Source of the DNA: Yuukianura sp. NJ FZ-2021
Lineage: Eukaryota
Direction of reading: 5' to 3'
Assembly: GCA_046563655.1 (NCBI GenBank)
Contig: CM102287.1
Span: 8,184,001-8,248,000 of the forward strand
Length of the DNA stretch: 64,000 nucleotides
Positions within the stretch are counted from its first letter, which is position 1. Each line of letters opens with the position of its first letter. The notes beneath the pieces were generated by a model that ran no database searches, was not told the DNA's origin, and was given only the letters and a program-made list of their open reading frames with translations. This document shows, one piece after another, positions 38,024 to 51,709 of this stretch. Position numbers and translations under genes: made by a program.

Positions 38024-38528
38024 CAGTGATGGACATCCATGGATAGCGCGGGATGTCCGGCATGCCCTGGCCTCCTTGCCCTCCAAGATGGTCTCCCCCC
38101 GAGGCAGCAACTGCAGCTTGATGATAGAACTGCGCAGCGGCAGCGATTCCAGCGGCCATGGAACTCTGATGTCCAGCAGCATTGGCAGCTAAGTTTGCAT
38201 AGTTGACCATAGAGTCAGCAACAGGTCCAGCAGAATAACGTTTGTCTACAACGCTACTACTCAAAGTATTCATAGAATTCATGCCTTCACCTCCTGCGCC
38301 GACGCCCAAGTGGGATCCGAAGCCGATTCCTCCCGAGGCTGAGATGGCTGCTGCTGCTGCGGCAAATGGAGACTGTTGACCAATCGAAACGTAGGGATAC
38401 ATCCGAGCAGCAGCGGCGGCAATTGACGAGTAGTTTCCGGCAGCATTCACAGCAGCAGCGGCAGCAACTGAAGACCCATCTGCTTGACCGTACTTGGGCA
38501 GCATTCCTTCCATAAATTTTGAGTTCAT
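38024..38528 (-). CDS. abd-A: abdominal-A Hox protein, coding exon 1 (N-terminus through the YPWM hexapeptide)
   Basis: Translation contains MNSKFMEGMLPKY, AARMYPYVS, DSMVNY, AAQFYHQAA and PDIPRYPWMSIT, all recognisable arthropod Abd-A blocks. It ends at a donor ACTG|GTAAGC (phase 1, intron starts 38023). There is an in-frame TAG upstream of the ATG. Confidence 0.95.
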
Positions 38529-41500
38529 GACTGTATTACAGTAACAAAGGTCAAACAGAATCTAAGCAGCTTCGGTTTTTCAAAAAGTCAGTGTCCACTG
38601 TTCCACTTTTACATTACACCAGCATCACAAAACTAAAAAATAAAACAAAAATAAAACTCAAATTAAAATCAAAATATAAAATATAAAAAAATACAAAAAA
38701 TAATCAATACAAAATACTAAAATAAACAGGGTTGCGAATTTTGAACAGGATTGTAAACTTTGAACTGAATTAGCAGTTTTTAGTTATCTCGAAACTGGGT
38801 TAAGTTTAAAATGGTGTACAAATTCTTCCGTGTTGAATTGAATTTGCGCGCTGCAAATTACTTCAAACGAGCCTAGTCTAAATCCTGAATTGCAATTGTT
38901 CAATGTCGTAATGCTGACATCAAAGTTAATTTAGTGGGTCGAAAGTAATTACTTTCGTGATTCACTTTATTACGCCGACGCAGTTAAAGTTAGCCCTTGT
39001 TTGTTAAAGTCAGTTTAGTATAGTTAGGTTAGTTAACTGGCTCAGCAGTAACCAAGTTAGTTAACTATCCAAACATTAACTATTATAAATATTTGTCGCT
39101 CCACCTTGCAAAAAACTTGGAGTGCAGACAGAGCCTAGCGGAATCGGTCATAAGCCAACTTTAATTTCCTTCTAATGCAGAATGAACAAAAGAATTGCTT
39201 GTTTTTGCAAACTCATCAATTCTTTTGTCCTACTAATCGTTGACGGAAAGATCAATAGATGCCCATTAAGTGTTATGTTTAAAGCCTACGTTATGTAAGT
39301 TATGTTTAGTCTTTAAACTGCCAGTTCTGGGTGGCCCGTGACTTTTCATTCAATTGATTTGTACTGAAAATTGACCCACTTGACACTTTTTGGCCCACAT
39401 TACAGAAGCGGATTGTTCATAAACAACTCTGGAGCCAGAACAGTCATAACCGAAAAATAAACATCCTGTCGGACTTGCAAAATTGCCAAATTGGCACAAA
39501 ATTTGGACAAAAGTCATGAATTGGCAAAGTTATGCGAATGAATGCTGTGTCCAGTAGGAGCTTAGTGTGGTGGTGGACAAGTCTTTATGAGGGAAGTAAG
39601 CAAACCTCCAAGTGCCCATTAACCTGAGACTTAATGACTCATATAATACTGGCTTCTGCACAAAAACATCATCTCGCTTGACGATCCCTCATGATCATCC
39701 TGTCACTACAAATCTATGCTCAAATCTCCGAGTCATAAAAAGTGACCAGTCAAGTATCAAGTGGAGCCTTTTAGTAATAAATTCAAAGGGATTTTCAAAA
39801 TTACAAATTCAAAGCAAATCGTGATCATTATTTCATTCATTTCGGAGGTAATTAAATTGCATAAAAAAACTCACTAACTTTTGATTTCAAATTGGAAAAT
39901 CGTGAAGAAATTTTGGAAAAAGTGATTCCAAAAAATGTCAAAATTAAACATAAAATCCAAATTAAAAAAAAAACTAACATAAGCTGGGACTTACTTTGTT
40001 TAAAACGTAAAACTTCTGAAACGTATTCTGATTACGACCAAAAACTTCAAAAAAAAAACGTTCATTTAAAAATTATTTCAAAATTTTGAACTTTCACCAC
40101 GTAAAATCAACCACTTTCATGAACTGACACAGAACACTTTCCCCGAAAACTAAAATTTCGCAAATAATAAACGGTGCTAAAATTCGACAAAAATTTGCAA
40201 CCAGAGCATCAGCTTCTGGCGCAGGGTTTTTGCCAACTGAGCCCAAAATTGCGAATTGCTTGCAAAATATAATGAAAATGATACAGGAGTGGGCTAATTG
40301 CAACAAAATGAACTACTGAAAGTTGTTTAAAAAGCAACTCATTAAGAAGGGAACTAAACAAGAAACTTGTCCCATTTAACACCAATCAACTCAAAATTAG
40401 GGGCTAAACGTACTATTTGTAAAGAAGTGTTAATTATGATGATGTTCACCTTGGATTGGCCGAGTATTTTAGTAGTCCAGATCTGGTCAGATGCTGTTAT
40501 TCCAAGGTGTAGGTGCTCTGCTTTTAGATTAGGTGCTCTTCCTTTAGGTGTTGAGTGGCTCTCAAGTGGTTATCGTCTGTAAGAAGAGCATGGGAGTCTC
40601 AGAACTGGGCAGAATGCTCTCTGAGCGACTTCTAATGCGGCACTTGACTGCCGTTTTGTTACATCTCATCAGAACAAGAACTCGGAAGGAGATCCTGAGC
40701 ACTAGAACAGACTTTGGCAGTCTGTGTAACCTAACCTAGTCTCTTCTGTAGTAGAGAGGCTTAGGGACCGAAAGCATAGAGTAAAGTGTGACTTTAAGCA
40801 TCCAATCCAACCTCTTCTGGGTGGCTCAACCTCTCTTGCCCTGCCCTTCCAGCCTAATGCCTAGTATAACCAAGTATATTCAAGAAATTCGGATGTATTT
40901 GGATAAGCTCATCGCAACTTCGGGAAGGCTCAAATGGCTCTCAAGATCAACCGAAGTTCGTGTTTCAGAACTAGAGAAACATTTTGGCGGGACTTCAGTA
41001 GGTTGGAATGAAGATCTTGTTTTGAAACGGGCATTCAACCGTAACAGGATTCGTTCAACCCTGCTTTCTCCGGACTTTCACCCGAACCCCACGCTACAAT
41101 TTTAAAAACCGAGGTGAGAACACCACCTACATTTTCCAGAAAGAATTTCAAATTTGGAGAAAGTTTTGTTTTTAAAAGCGCCACTCTGATAGAACCACAA
41201 ATTCAGCGGCTTATAAGTTGTAAAAATACAACGATTTACAAAAAAATTTAACTGCATTATTTTGTAAATAAATACAGTTACAAATTTAAAAACATTAATT
41301 TTAACCAAAATTAATTAAGGTATTAAATTGTGAATAACTAATTATACAAATTTGATTCTAAATCTGACTGGGATGTTGTGTTAACTTAACGTTTCCAATT
41401 AAACTAAAATACTTTTTAATTTTTGTCACACGAAATCTAAGAGTGGAACGTAAAATTTTAAAAATCGAGGTAAAATGAAATTTTTGATGAAGTAAACATT

Positions 41501-44500
41501 AATCGATAAAACTTAATTCTGATTTTTAAGGGAAAATTGTTCTTCAAAATAAATTATTTACCTAATACACGCAGTAACATAATATGTGCACACAAAATTT
41601 TGTTTAAATACTATCACTTTTTAGACTTTCACTTTTTGTTCTATGAGTTTGTTTCAATTTGTTTTAAAGAGACTGTTCCTTTTGTTTAAATGCCCATTAA
41701 AAGACTGTTCTAATTATGAGATGATTTTGTTCTACCTGTTTTAAGACTCTCCGCAAAGGCTATTTGAACATTTTACTTTTCATTTTTAAGAGCCCATAAA
41801 CTGTCGCAATAAAAATGACATTCTGATGAACCATGCTCGTGTAAGCCTCAGAGCCTTTAATTTCACTCTGCCTCTTTCATTCTAACTTGTCCAAGCTAAA
41901 AACGCTTTTGGTCCACTTTTTTCATCATCCGAGAAGATGCTGCTGCAAGATCATTGGAGACGCATAGCAACATCCTCTGTGGATCTTCGTTGGAACTTTG
42001 TCCAACTTTACGAAACAATGGAAACTGATCTCTCCCCTCTTCCAACGGCATCTCTACTCCCAATATACCCTATTATATGGCGTATATCCGAAAATAAGTT
42101 ACAAAACGGCAAAGGATTATGACTTCGACCCAACCTTTTTGGACAAATTTAGAACAAATTTATTTTTAAAATGCTATTTTTTACTAAAAATGTTGACTTT
42201 TAAATAAATAGACTAAAAATGTAAAGAAATTGACCGCTCAAAAAAATTAGCGACGGCAGCTAGGCTTTTTCCAAATTCCTTGCTTAGATTTGTGCGTAAT
42301 CGAAGTTTTTTGATATGTTTCGAACTTTGATTTTCTTTTTGGAAATCAGGGTATTTATTGCCGTTGGAAAGAGGTACTTTTTATAACACTTTTTTAAGTT
42401 TGTTCTTAGAAGGATTGAAAGAAAGTAACGGAGATTTGAACAAAAGGGGAAAATATAACTTTTTATTTGACTCTTTCTTCCACTGGTTGACATTGATTTT
42501 TGAACAAGTAAAAAAGAACGGGACAGTCGACGACACGTAACCTGAAAACTGTAATCCAGTTACACTTTTCAGATTTGAAGAAAACTCAGAACAAGATCAC
42601 AGTTTCCAAAACTTCTTCAGTGAGTAACGAGTAGCTGGGTCCAGGTTTCTAAAAAAAATTCCAAGTTAATCTTCTCCTTATTCCACCAGGTAAGAATCAA
42701 AATTTTGAATTTGGATTTCATTAGGAAAAATTTGAACATATAAAATATTAGTAACTAGATTTTGATTTTAAAGTTTAAATGAATTATTGAATTAACGGAA
42801 TTGTGAAATTATAAAATTGTATAGCAGTGTTTTTCTTCTGTATTTAAATTATAATTTAAACGTTTGTATAAATTTTATGAGGTGTCACACGATAGGACTA
42901 CTAAAAATTTAGTTGTGATAACTTTACAATTAAGAAATAAGTGTTTGAGACAAATTCAATTTTTTTTGAAGCATGGAGTTTAAAGTAAAATTGAATAATG
43001 TAGGAGTAGTCAGACAATTGATGTTTCCATTAAATTTTAGCCTATTCAAATAGTAAATTCGAAGGTGCAGTATCTTTGTTGTTGATCTACTTTTTAACGG
43101 TGATTAGATGGATTTTAAATTTTAAATTGAATCTTATTTTTAAAATTTTGAGTTTGCGTTGAGTATCACTTCAAAAAGTTTGCCAAAAACAAAAAACAAC
43201 AGAAAACTGACTACATCAGAAGACACAGAAACTCGGGTCTTCTAAAAATATTTCTCGAAATTCATCCCCAGAAGAGCCACTTTTCACATTTCTGTTTTTC
43301 TGCAAAGATTGTTTCGTTATTTCCAAGTGAAGGTAAAACTTTCACGTTTTCATCTTGGGAGAAGAAGTGTTTTGTGTAAGATTAGGAAATAAGCGTAGCA
43401 TAAAAGACGGAAGAAGTTTCCTGCTGCTGGTTGGTTCCATAATGTAGAGTCTAGGATTTTGTTAGAAGAAGATTACAGTACTTGGCTATGCATGAAAGCT
43501 TTCTCCCGGGTAGAAAAGAAATGGGAAGTGAAGGATTTTATTTATTTACATAGTGACGTGTATTACCTTATTCATTTCATTAAATTCACAACTATCATCT
43601 TCATTCTTCAGAATTCCAGATTCATCCAAAGACGCTTTCCTTCCTTCGTCCCATTCCCATAAACTATAAAATATAAAGTGCCAGACGAAAACCTCATCTT
43701 GCTTTACTTTCTCCATCTTTCACCACTTTCACAATCCAAATACTTTTGGAAAATGACAGGGAAGGAAAAAAACATTGTCCAAATGTTTTGTCATTTCACT
43801 TCAACTTTTTATGTCGCTTTTTCCTAAACTTTGTCTGTTACATAAAACCACTTACTCCACACACAAGAGTAAACGCATTGAAAGAGATCTGAATTTTTTT
43901 TATCAAAATTTGTTTTCAAATCGAGTTCGAATGCATCTTAAAGCCAATGTTTATCAAATCTGTTAAAATTTCGAATTTTTTGAAACTTTGCTCAATTGAC
44001 ATCCATTTACTGTTTGTATTGTTTTCATCGTAAATACTTTTGTTAAAAGCTAAAAGTTCGATGGTTTCTACTATCGCGGGTTTCTTTATGTTATAGTTAC
44101 TGCATGGTTTAAGTTTTCAAAATTTCTATTTTGAGAAAAGGACTCTTTTTGGCATAATTTTCATCAAAAAAACGATCCGGGTGTATAAAATGCTTAGGTT
44201 TGGAAAACTTTTTCTTTCTAAAAATTGTTCCAAAGGATTCTCATTTGAGTAAATTTTTTAAAGCAGAAGATAAAGGGAAAGTGTTTGGAAAGAATGGGCA
44301 TATGTTCCAGGATTCCGGATTGTTAGACTATTTCTTTTCTAAAAAAAAGTAAAAGTTGATGAGATGTGCTATCTCTGAGTCCATTTTTCTTTCTTGCAAA
44401 GTTCTATCATGTGTCCTCAGTGTCTTTCAAAATTTCATCCGAGCCATTAGTCAGGGACAATGAAGAAAAATGGCTAAAAAGAAATTGACCTTCTCCTTTG

Positions 44501-47500
44501 GCCCATTTCACTTTCACAACTTTCACTTTCATCTAGAACAAACTTTTCCCATTTTGTGCTAGCTGGACTTTCTGTGCGTATCAAATTTCAAGAGAAAAAT
44601 TTTCTCCAATTTTTCTAGTTCGTTCAACAGAAACTGTGCTCGTAAGCACAAGAATTTCTTCACAGAAAGTTTTTCGAAATGGTTTCTGAGTGGGAATAAG
44701 AGACAGTACAACAATTTTTGGAAATTGCTAAAAGTGAAAGTATTTTGATTAAAACGAAGAATGTGAAGATGACCTTTTGGAAATTACGAAAACTATTTTT
44801 TCTTGTACTAAAACAGTTTTTCTCATCCAATTTTATGACCTGTCATCTCTCTCTATAATGAACCTGACATTTGCAATAATCATCTTCCATTTTCATCTTA
44901 AGCAGTCTCTGGAGAGGGTGGAAAAGTTTCAAAAGAACGCGCCCTGCTTAATGTCAAACTTTGTAAAGACATGTCAACCGCCTCCACAAAATTTAGAATC
45001 CAAACTCTACGGCTCTGAGCACGCGTCTTACATGATTTTCTAAACAAGTTCTTTTTAAACCTTCTTCAGAAACATGAACATGTAAAAATGAAATTTCCAA
45101 ACGCACTTTCTGTTTACTTCGTCATTCAAACATCCGTTTCGAAAAGCATAAATTTGGTTTTAGGGAGTCTTGCAATGAACATTGAAGCGATTGGTTCCAA
45201 AATTGCTTGACTTTCATCTGCCAGTGATCTGTTAACTGGCACCTTCTGGTCTAAAGATGCACTAAATTTTGAAATTTCACTTAGAAAAATTTAAAAATTT
45301 TGAATTCTTTTTACACTTTTACACATTGAAAACTTTGCCTTCTCTTTCCGTGCTTTTTTTTTTTGAAAACTTTTTCTTTTCAAAAATTCGAAGAATTCTA
45401 CATGGACAACTACGAAAATTGTAAAATTCAAGAGAGATGATGTACGTTGTTGCTTTTTGGAAAAGCAGTTTTGGTAAAAATGTCTGTACATGTTTCTTGA
45501 TAGCTGAGATTAGTTTTCAAGTAGAAATAAAAATTCTGTCCAAGTTGTAATTTGAGTCTTGGAAGAAAAAAGATGAAGGGGGCGGAATATGATTATGGTT
45601 ATTAGACCTCATGTCAAAAAATTTTCATTTTCAAAAGAATATAATTCAAAAAGAAGTTTTTTGAAACGTATACGACTGTTAAGGCTAAGGTTGTTACTTA
45701 AAAGCCGTAGTGGTCCCATCATCTTACAGTCGTAATGGATGTTATAATGATAATAGTTACTTCCCAATTTTTCCATCTTCTTGAACTATTCGACTCCTTC
45801 CAAGGAATAACTTGGCTGTCTCACAAATCATGCCTCTCCTATGATTATCAAGATCTTGTATTACAATGTGAAATGACTTTTGGTTCTTTTAGGTTGGACG
45901 AGAGACCGAGAGTGGATCTTTGGCGGCCATTTTGTGTCTTCCCCCTCACACAAATTCACCTGGGAGCCCATGCAGACTTCAAGATGGGAGGATCTTTTGT
46001 TGTAACAAATGTTTTGGAATTAGGATGTAGTCATTCTGGTGGCATTTACCATTTGCCCAGCGGAAGATCATGTGGATATGATGGCCATTTCTGGTTATGC
46101 AGGTTCAATAACGTAGGAAGTTATGGGATACTTCAAAATACCCGCATCTAACCAGCTTCTACAAGATTTCCAGCCAACTGCGTTGAAAACCCGGATTCTT
46201 CTTGCAGAACTCCGTATTTGCGGCAACGATTTTCGAAAAGGTGCAGCAATCTTGTTTTCTAAAATTTTGTTTTTATAGATTTTAAAATCACTGCTAAAAA
46301 GTGCTAAATGCTTTGGGATTCTCGTTGCTGAAAGAAAACTTACATGAAAAGCAGTTACCACAATCCGAATTTTTTCTAAAAATTTTTGGTAATTTTGAAA
46401 TAACGAGTGAGGTAAAAATGTCACCTGAAAATTTGTGCGAAAGTGAAAGTTGTAAATTGAAAAAAAAATCACTTCAATTTTCTCCATAGTCAGCTGAAAG
46501 AGAAAGTTTGATCTTTGAAGTAGAAACTTGAAATACATTACAAGTTGCTTTGAAATATTTTGACCAACTTAAAATCACATTTTTTTTCAAAAACTTAGTT
46601 TTTCTTTAAATATTGAACACAGTAATCCCCCTGGTAGTGTTTTTTAGGTTAAACCTCAGGAACTGTGTCATAAAACCCCTTTGAGGTCGTTCACAGTCCC
46701 ATAAAGTTTTTCACCTCCAAAGATCTTCGCAGCTTCTTCACCCGTTTTGTGTCCCTTGGAATGAAAGTGAATGGGTTACAAAGGGCCCTTGATTGTCTTC
46801 AAGTCTCCCCACGTACTGGGTCCCTTTCCTTGGAATTCTTCACTTTTTATGCAATAAAAAACGAAAGGTGACCCCTTCACTTGACCTAGTCCTCCAAGAA
46901 TCAATTTTCACCCAATTCCAAAATCCAATGACCCAAAAAACTCCAATATTCTTAGCGTTACAGCCTTTCTCGGAACTTGAGAGAGGCTTTAACTGCCCCT
47001 TTATTTCGTTTCGGTTGGTCACTTTATGCCACATCACAATCCCAAACTTTATGACAATTTTTTATACATTTCCTTTGAAATTTTGTTCATATTTTCAGAA
47101 CCTAACCAAAAATTGGAAGACGGAGTTCGATTTGGAATCAGTTTCAGTTCGTCACTGGTCAGTGGGACACCAAATTTCAAAAACTTCAAAAAAGTTCAAA
47201 ATTTCTTCAAAATGAGTTCCAGAGTGAAAATTATCACGCACGGTCCACACGACGCGAAAATCTAAGTACTAACACAACTTCAAATCATTTGAACTTGAAT
47301 TGTTGAATCTTTCATAATTTAAAGTAAAAACAACACTTTCGCCTAACTTTCAAGCTCATCGGTGTTTCAACATAAAAATTTGAAGACAAAAGTAAAAGTT
47401 TATTTCAAATCATGGAAAGGACATTGCTCCTCCCCGATGCTTCTTCACATTTGAGGCAAGATTTTTGCAAAAATTTGTTTTCCATTTTTAAAACAAATTG

Positions 47501-50500
47501 TGTTCATCAATTCAACCCAAAACTAAAAAGTTGTTTTGTTTTGGTCATGCACCTTCAAACTATTCTGGAAAGCCAACAGTCTGCCAGCGGTGTTTCACTC
47601 CAGGAAGTTGTTTTCGGGGGGACCAAGGCTTAATTTGGTAATTTTGACCAATTTTCAATTCAGTTGAATCGACTTGAGTGGAATAACTAAAGGAGTTACA
47701 TGTACTCTGTAACCATGTACAGACTTTAGTCAATTGTTAGGTTTATGTTAGCCTAACTCCACACTGTTTCCCATGCATGGAGACCATTACCTCGTGTAAT
47801 GGGCCCTTCATTTTCTTGTTTCCAACTTCCCGTCTCCCGTGGCCAATTCCTAGCTCCGCTCCTCATAAATTACCTGGGAAATGCCTCCTCTGTCACCCGT
47901 TTCTTCCTAATTAAACTTTCCCTCCAACACGACGACGACTTCACCTACAGTAGAGTCAGCTCTGTTCAAAGCACATAGAAGAGTAAACAACGCCGACGAA
48001 AAGCGATTTACGCGCCAAAAGTTAGCCCTTAATTAAACATTGCCTGTTCAAAAGTTCTTGGACGAAACAAAATCAATGTAAACTGGAAAATGGTTAATGC
48101 CCAGAACACACGCAATTCGAATATTTTCAATTGAGAAACAACTATTTCCAACGAAATCTTTTTTCTTGCTTCAAAATGTGAAATCCATTCTAAACATGAA
48201 CGAAGATAAAGGAAGGACATTAGGCCTTAACTTTTCAGAACTCAGGGAGTCCGTGTGGCAATGGCAAAGGAGTTCGATATTTCCCGAGCATGCGAACTAT
48301 GCTGACTTTCTCTTTCTAAAATCCAGGCGTGTGGAGAAAGCACAAGAGCAAAAAAACTGAAAATCGGTGCCGGAGCGAATAGGAACGGACGGAAGGGCAT
48401 TTAGGGTATATCGTAGGGTAGGGTATTGTTAAGCTAACGCTAGAAAGCAAGGTCTTCCTCTCTCTCCCTTGTCCAAAAAGAGCATAATGTACTTTCACTA
48501 ATAAAGTCAAGATCAGCCGGAGTATCAGGAGGACTCTTCACCGGCAGCCGAGTTCTGATTAACCCAAACTTTTTGTCTAAAAGTTAACGTTAGGCGGGCC
48601 TAACCTAACAAAATTTGGAACAAGAGCCAAGTCTTGCCCTCGTCTGCGGCCGTGATAGATTCCAAATGAAGAAAGTCCATCAAGGAGTCCATTCGTCTTA
48701 TCACCCACAACCGTAAGTCACAACTAAGTCACTCATACATGCGCCATAAATTCACTTTTTCTTTGCCTTGTTCGAGTGAAAGTAAAAGGGAAAGTTAGGT
48801 TTTAGGGAAGCCGTTGCCAATTCTTGGTCATCCGGCAGAACCCATTTGGTCTTTGGTGAATGAAAATGAAAGTTAGTTGGACATTGGAGGCTCAACTGAT
48901 TGCTTATCCTCCGATCCTAAGAGATTCTTTAGCCTAACTTGTTAGACTAACCTTGTAAACCTAATGGAAAAAAGGCTAATGGAAATTCAATTTCTGACGT
49001 AAAACATTGATGAATTTATAGCTCGTAGGTGGTTTCCTTTCCAACTTGGTTCAAATGGTTTTCTGGTTTAGGTTTTTGTACAAACTCTGTCTGTTAAATG
49101 TATCTCTGTGGCTTTACTGATCAACTGATCTCTAAAATGGTTATACCTAGCCTAACAATGGCTGAATTTTTTGTCCCTTGTCCAATTTGAATACTTAACT
49201 AGGTTTTGTTGCCCACTTGCTGCTATGGATGAGGTTCTAAATCACTTTGTAAAGGCTTCAGTGCTTGTTTTCGACGAAACTCTGAGGGTGATGTTGTAAG
49301 GGAACTGTCATTACCACTATCATTCCAAAATCAGTCATGCCAAAGTGTCAAAAACTTGAATTTTAAAATAAGTACATTTTCCATTTTGAGAAAGCCGAAA
49401 ACAAATTCAAGTTTTTGAAAATTCTAAACCAAAATGTATTACAAAGAAGTGAAGACCTGCTCACTGTTCGGTAGTATGGTATAATAAGTACCCACAGCAA
49501 GTTCACGTTTTTCGTAATTTTGAAATTTTTTGTGTTGATACTTCGAATTTTGATTTGACATATTTTGAAATTTTACTCTGCTTGTACTCACATTCGAACC
49601 GAATTTTTTTGACGAATTTAAATTATTTGGACTAAACAATCTGGTAGATTATGACGCTCATTGTGGATAAAATGTAGAATGTTAGATTCGAATTCAGCTT
49701 TCACTTTCAAAATTTTGGAATTTTTACATTTTTTTAAAGTTTTTTTTTTCAATTTCTTGTTAGAAAACCTTGCTTTCGACTTTTTTTTTTGTAAGGACAT
49801 TAATACTTGGTACATTTAGGTACATTGAGTTCAGCAGTTTAAGAACTTTTGTTACACGGTCGTATACAACTTTTGAGTGTAAAAAGTGTAACATTTATGG
49901 TTACATTTCAGACGCTTTGTCACATGGAAATTTTGATGTTTAAGTGATCCTGTTACCAAATGGACCTCAAGTTCTCCTTTCTTTGTAGGAGGAAAGTGTC
50001 TATTAAATCAGTTAAACCTTCCATTGTTGTTTTGAATTTAGTGTTGAATTAATTCAATAAAATGTTATTTCATCTGACGAATCAAGTATCACAGCATCTC
50101 ACAAAGCTTCAATTTACCCAACTCCTAAGCCTTTTTGGCTTGACAGGAAGAATTTGTGAAGTGGAACGTGATGGAGAGTAGGACGTTGCTTAAGGAATCT
50201 TCATAGGCCAAGTATACCTGTAAGATCCAAGACCAAGACAAGGAAGAGTGATTTACGACTGTAAAGTCCATTTAAATGCAAATTGTGTTCCATTAGAAGA
50301 TGACTCTAAACAATATTTTGCCATTATGGAACTACCATGTCATAGAGTAATTATTTGCAAAAAAACAGGAATTGGCTCCACTCCGTGCTGCGCTAGCCAA
50401 TTTCTACGCCCAATGTATACTGCTGCAGACAACCAGTCTTGATGTACACTCTGTACACGCCTCTTTTCAAATCACAAATTCATGCCAAAGTGTTGTCAAA

Positions 50501-51072
50501 ATTAACTCAAAATTTTGAAAAACGAAATTGAATTTTCACAGATGACGGCACTGGCCCAACTTTGTTTTGTAAAATTTTTGCTGTGTTGAACTTTGAGAAA
50601 AGTTGAACGGCGTAGAATTTTAGTTTCGGAATTTACGCTGTAAAGTGAAAGTGGCTTAGCGTTGCTTTCTCCATATCATTTTTCTTCTTTTTCAAATTTT
50701 GAATTTTGAAAATTCGGAATCCACTTCCGTTTGAATAGGATTATTGGAAGTGATGACTCAGGGTGTGCATGCATATGAGGTTAGATGAGGCCAGCCTTTC
50801 CAAGATGATTGGAACTTCTCCCCCTTCTGCCTCTGCTGGAAGCAGTTCTGTTTTAAAATATTCTGCATCCAGAAGAACCATTTTCTAAAATTGAAACGGG
50901 GAAACTTGGTGTGGTGGAAGACTTTGCAGAGACATTTTGGAAAAGTGGAAAAGCTACATAGGGAAAGTGAGTTTCCAAAATGACATTGCTTCACCCTCCC
51001 CTAATGCTATGTAATCCAACCTCATCTACTCTAATGATCTCTCCACTCTACATCGCTCAAATTGGACGGCAG

Positions 51073-51339
51073 AGGTCAGAGGTCACGAGATTAGAAATCC
51101 AAGTCCAAAAGTTACATGAAAGTCGAAACTTCAAAATTTTGAACCAGCCGAATATGTCGTGCCAGTCTAAGGGTCAAAGGTCACACCAGTAATCAATGGC
51201 GTGGTGTAACAAACTTAATCTTAACTTTAGCTTTAACTACTTCAAAATTAAAAACACTAATTCAGTAAATTGAAACTCAAAACGAGGCACCACTTTTATT
51301 AAACAATTTTCAAGCACGATTTCATTTGACCTTTGACCT
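51073..51339. promoter_or_regulatory. cluster of three perfect nuclear-receptor DR1 elements (candidate enhancer/silencer)
   Basis: AGGTCA-G-AGGTCA at 51073-51085, GGGTCA-A-AGGTCA at 51171-51183 and TGACCT-T-TGACCT at 51327-51339. Confidence 0.65.
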
Positions 51340-51673
51340 CTCGTTCAAAATTTTCTGAAAAGAAAGTTATCCAGTGAAATTCAAAACTCCACTTGAAATA
51401 ATTTACAACCCAAAACACTCCAATTACATGCCTAAACAGTTGCGGCTGTCGCTGTGAGACTTGTTTCAACATAATTGTGAATTTGAAATTTTCAAAAAAA
51501 TCTATTTCGGCCAGTGCCTCCTCAAATGTGCCAATTTTGAAAACCAATTTGCGTGAAAGCGTTGCGCTGAATATAAATGGACCCGTAATGGCTGCACAGC
51601 ATGCCATGTGCCTCGGATTCGATCAATCTCTCCTTTCTTCCACAACTTTCTCCTTGGCTCCAAATGGCCGCCT

Positions 51674-51709
51674 AACCTAACATTTTCCAAAAACCTAACA
51701 TTTTCCAAA
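51674..51709 (+). repeat. 18-bp tandem duplication containing CCTAAC
   Basis: AACCTAACATTTTCCAAA twice. Confidence 0.8.

Noticed and set aside
37943..38182. 79-aa minus-strand ORF
   Set aside because: Alternative frame of abd-A exon 1 with no independent support.
38735..39375. Inr-like TCAGT motifs on the minus strand (near 38766 and 39365) as the abd-A TSS
   Set aside because: No DPE at the expected +28 to +32 spacing, so the promoter cannot be placed.
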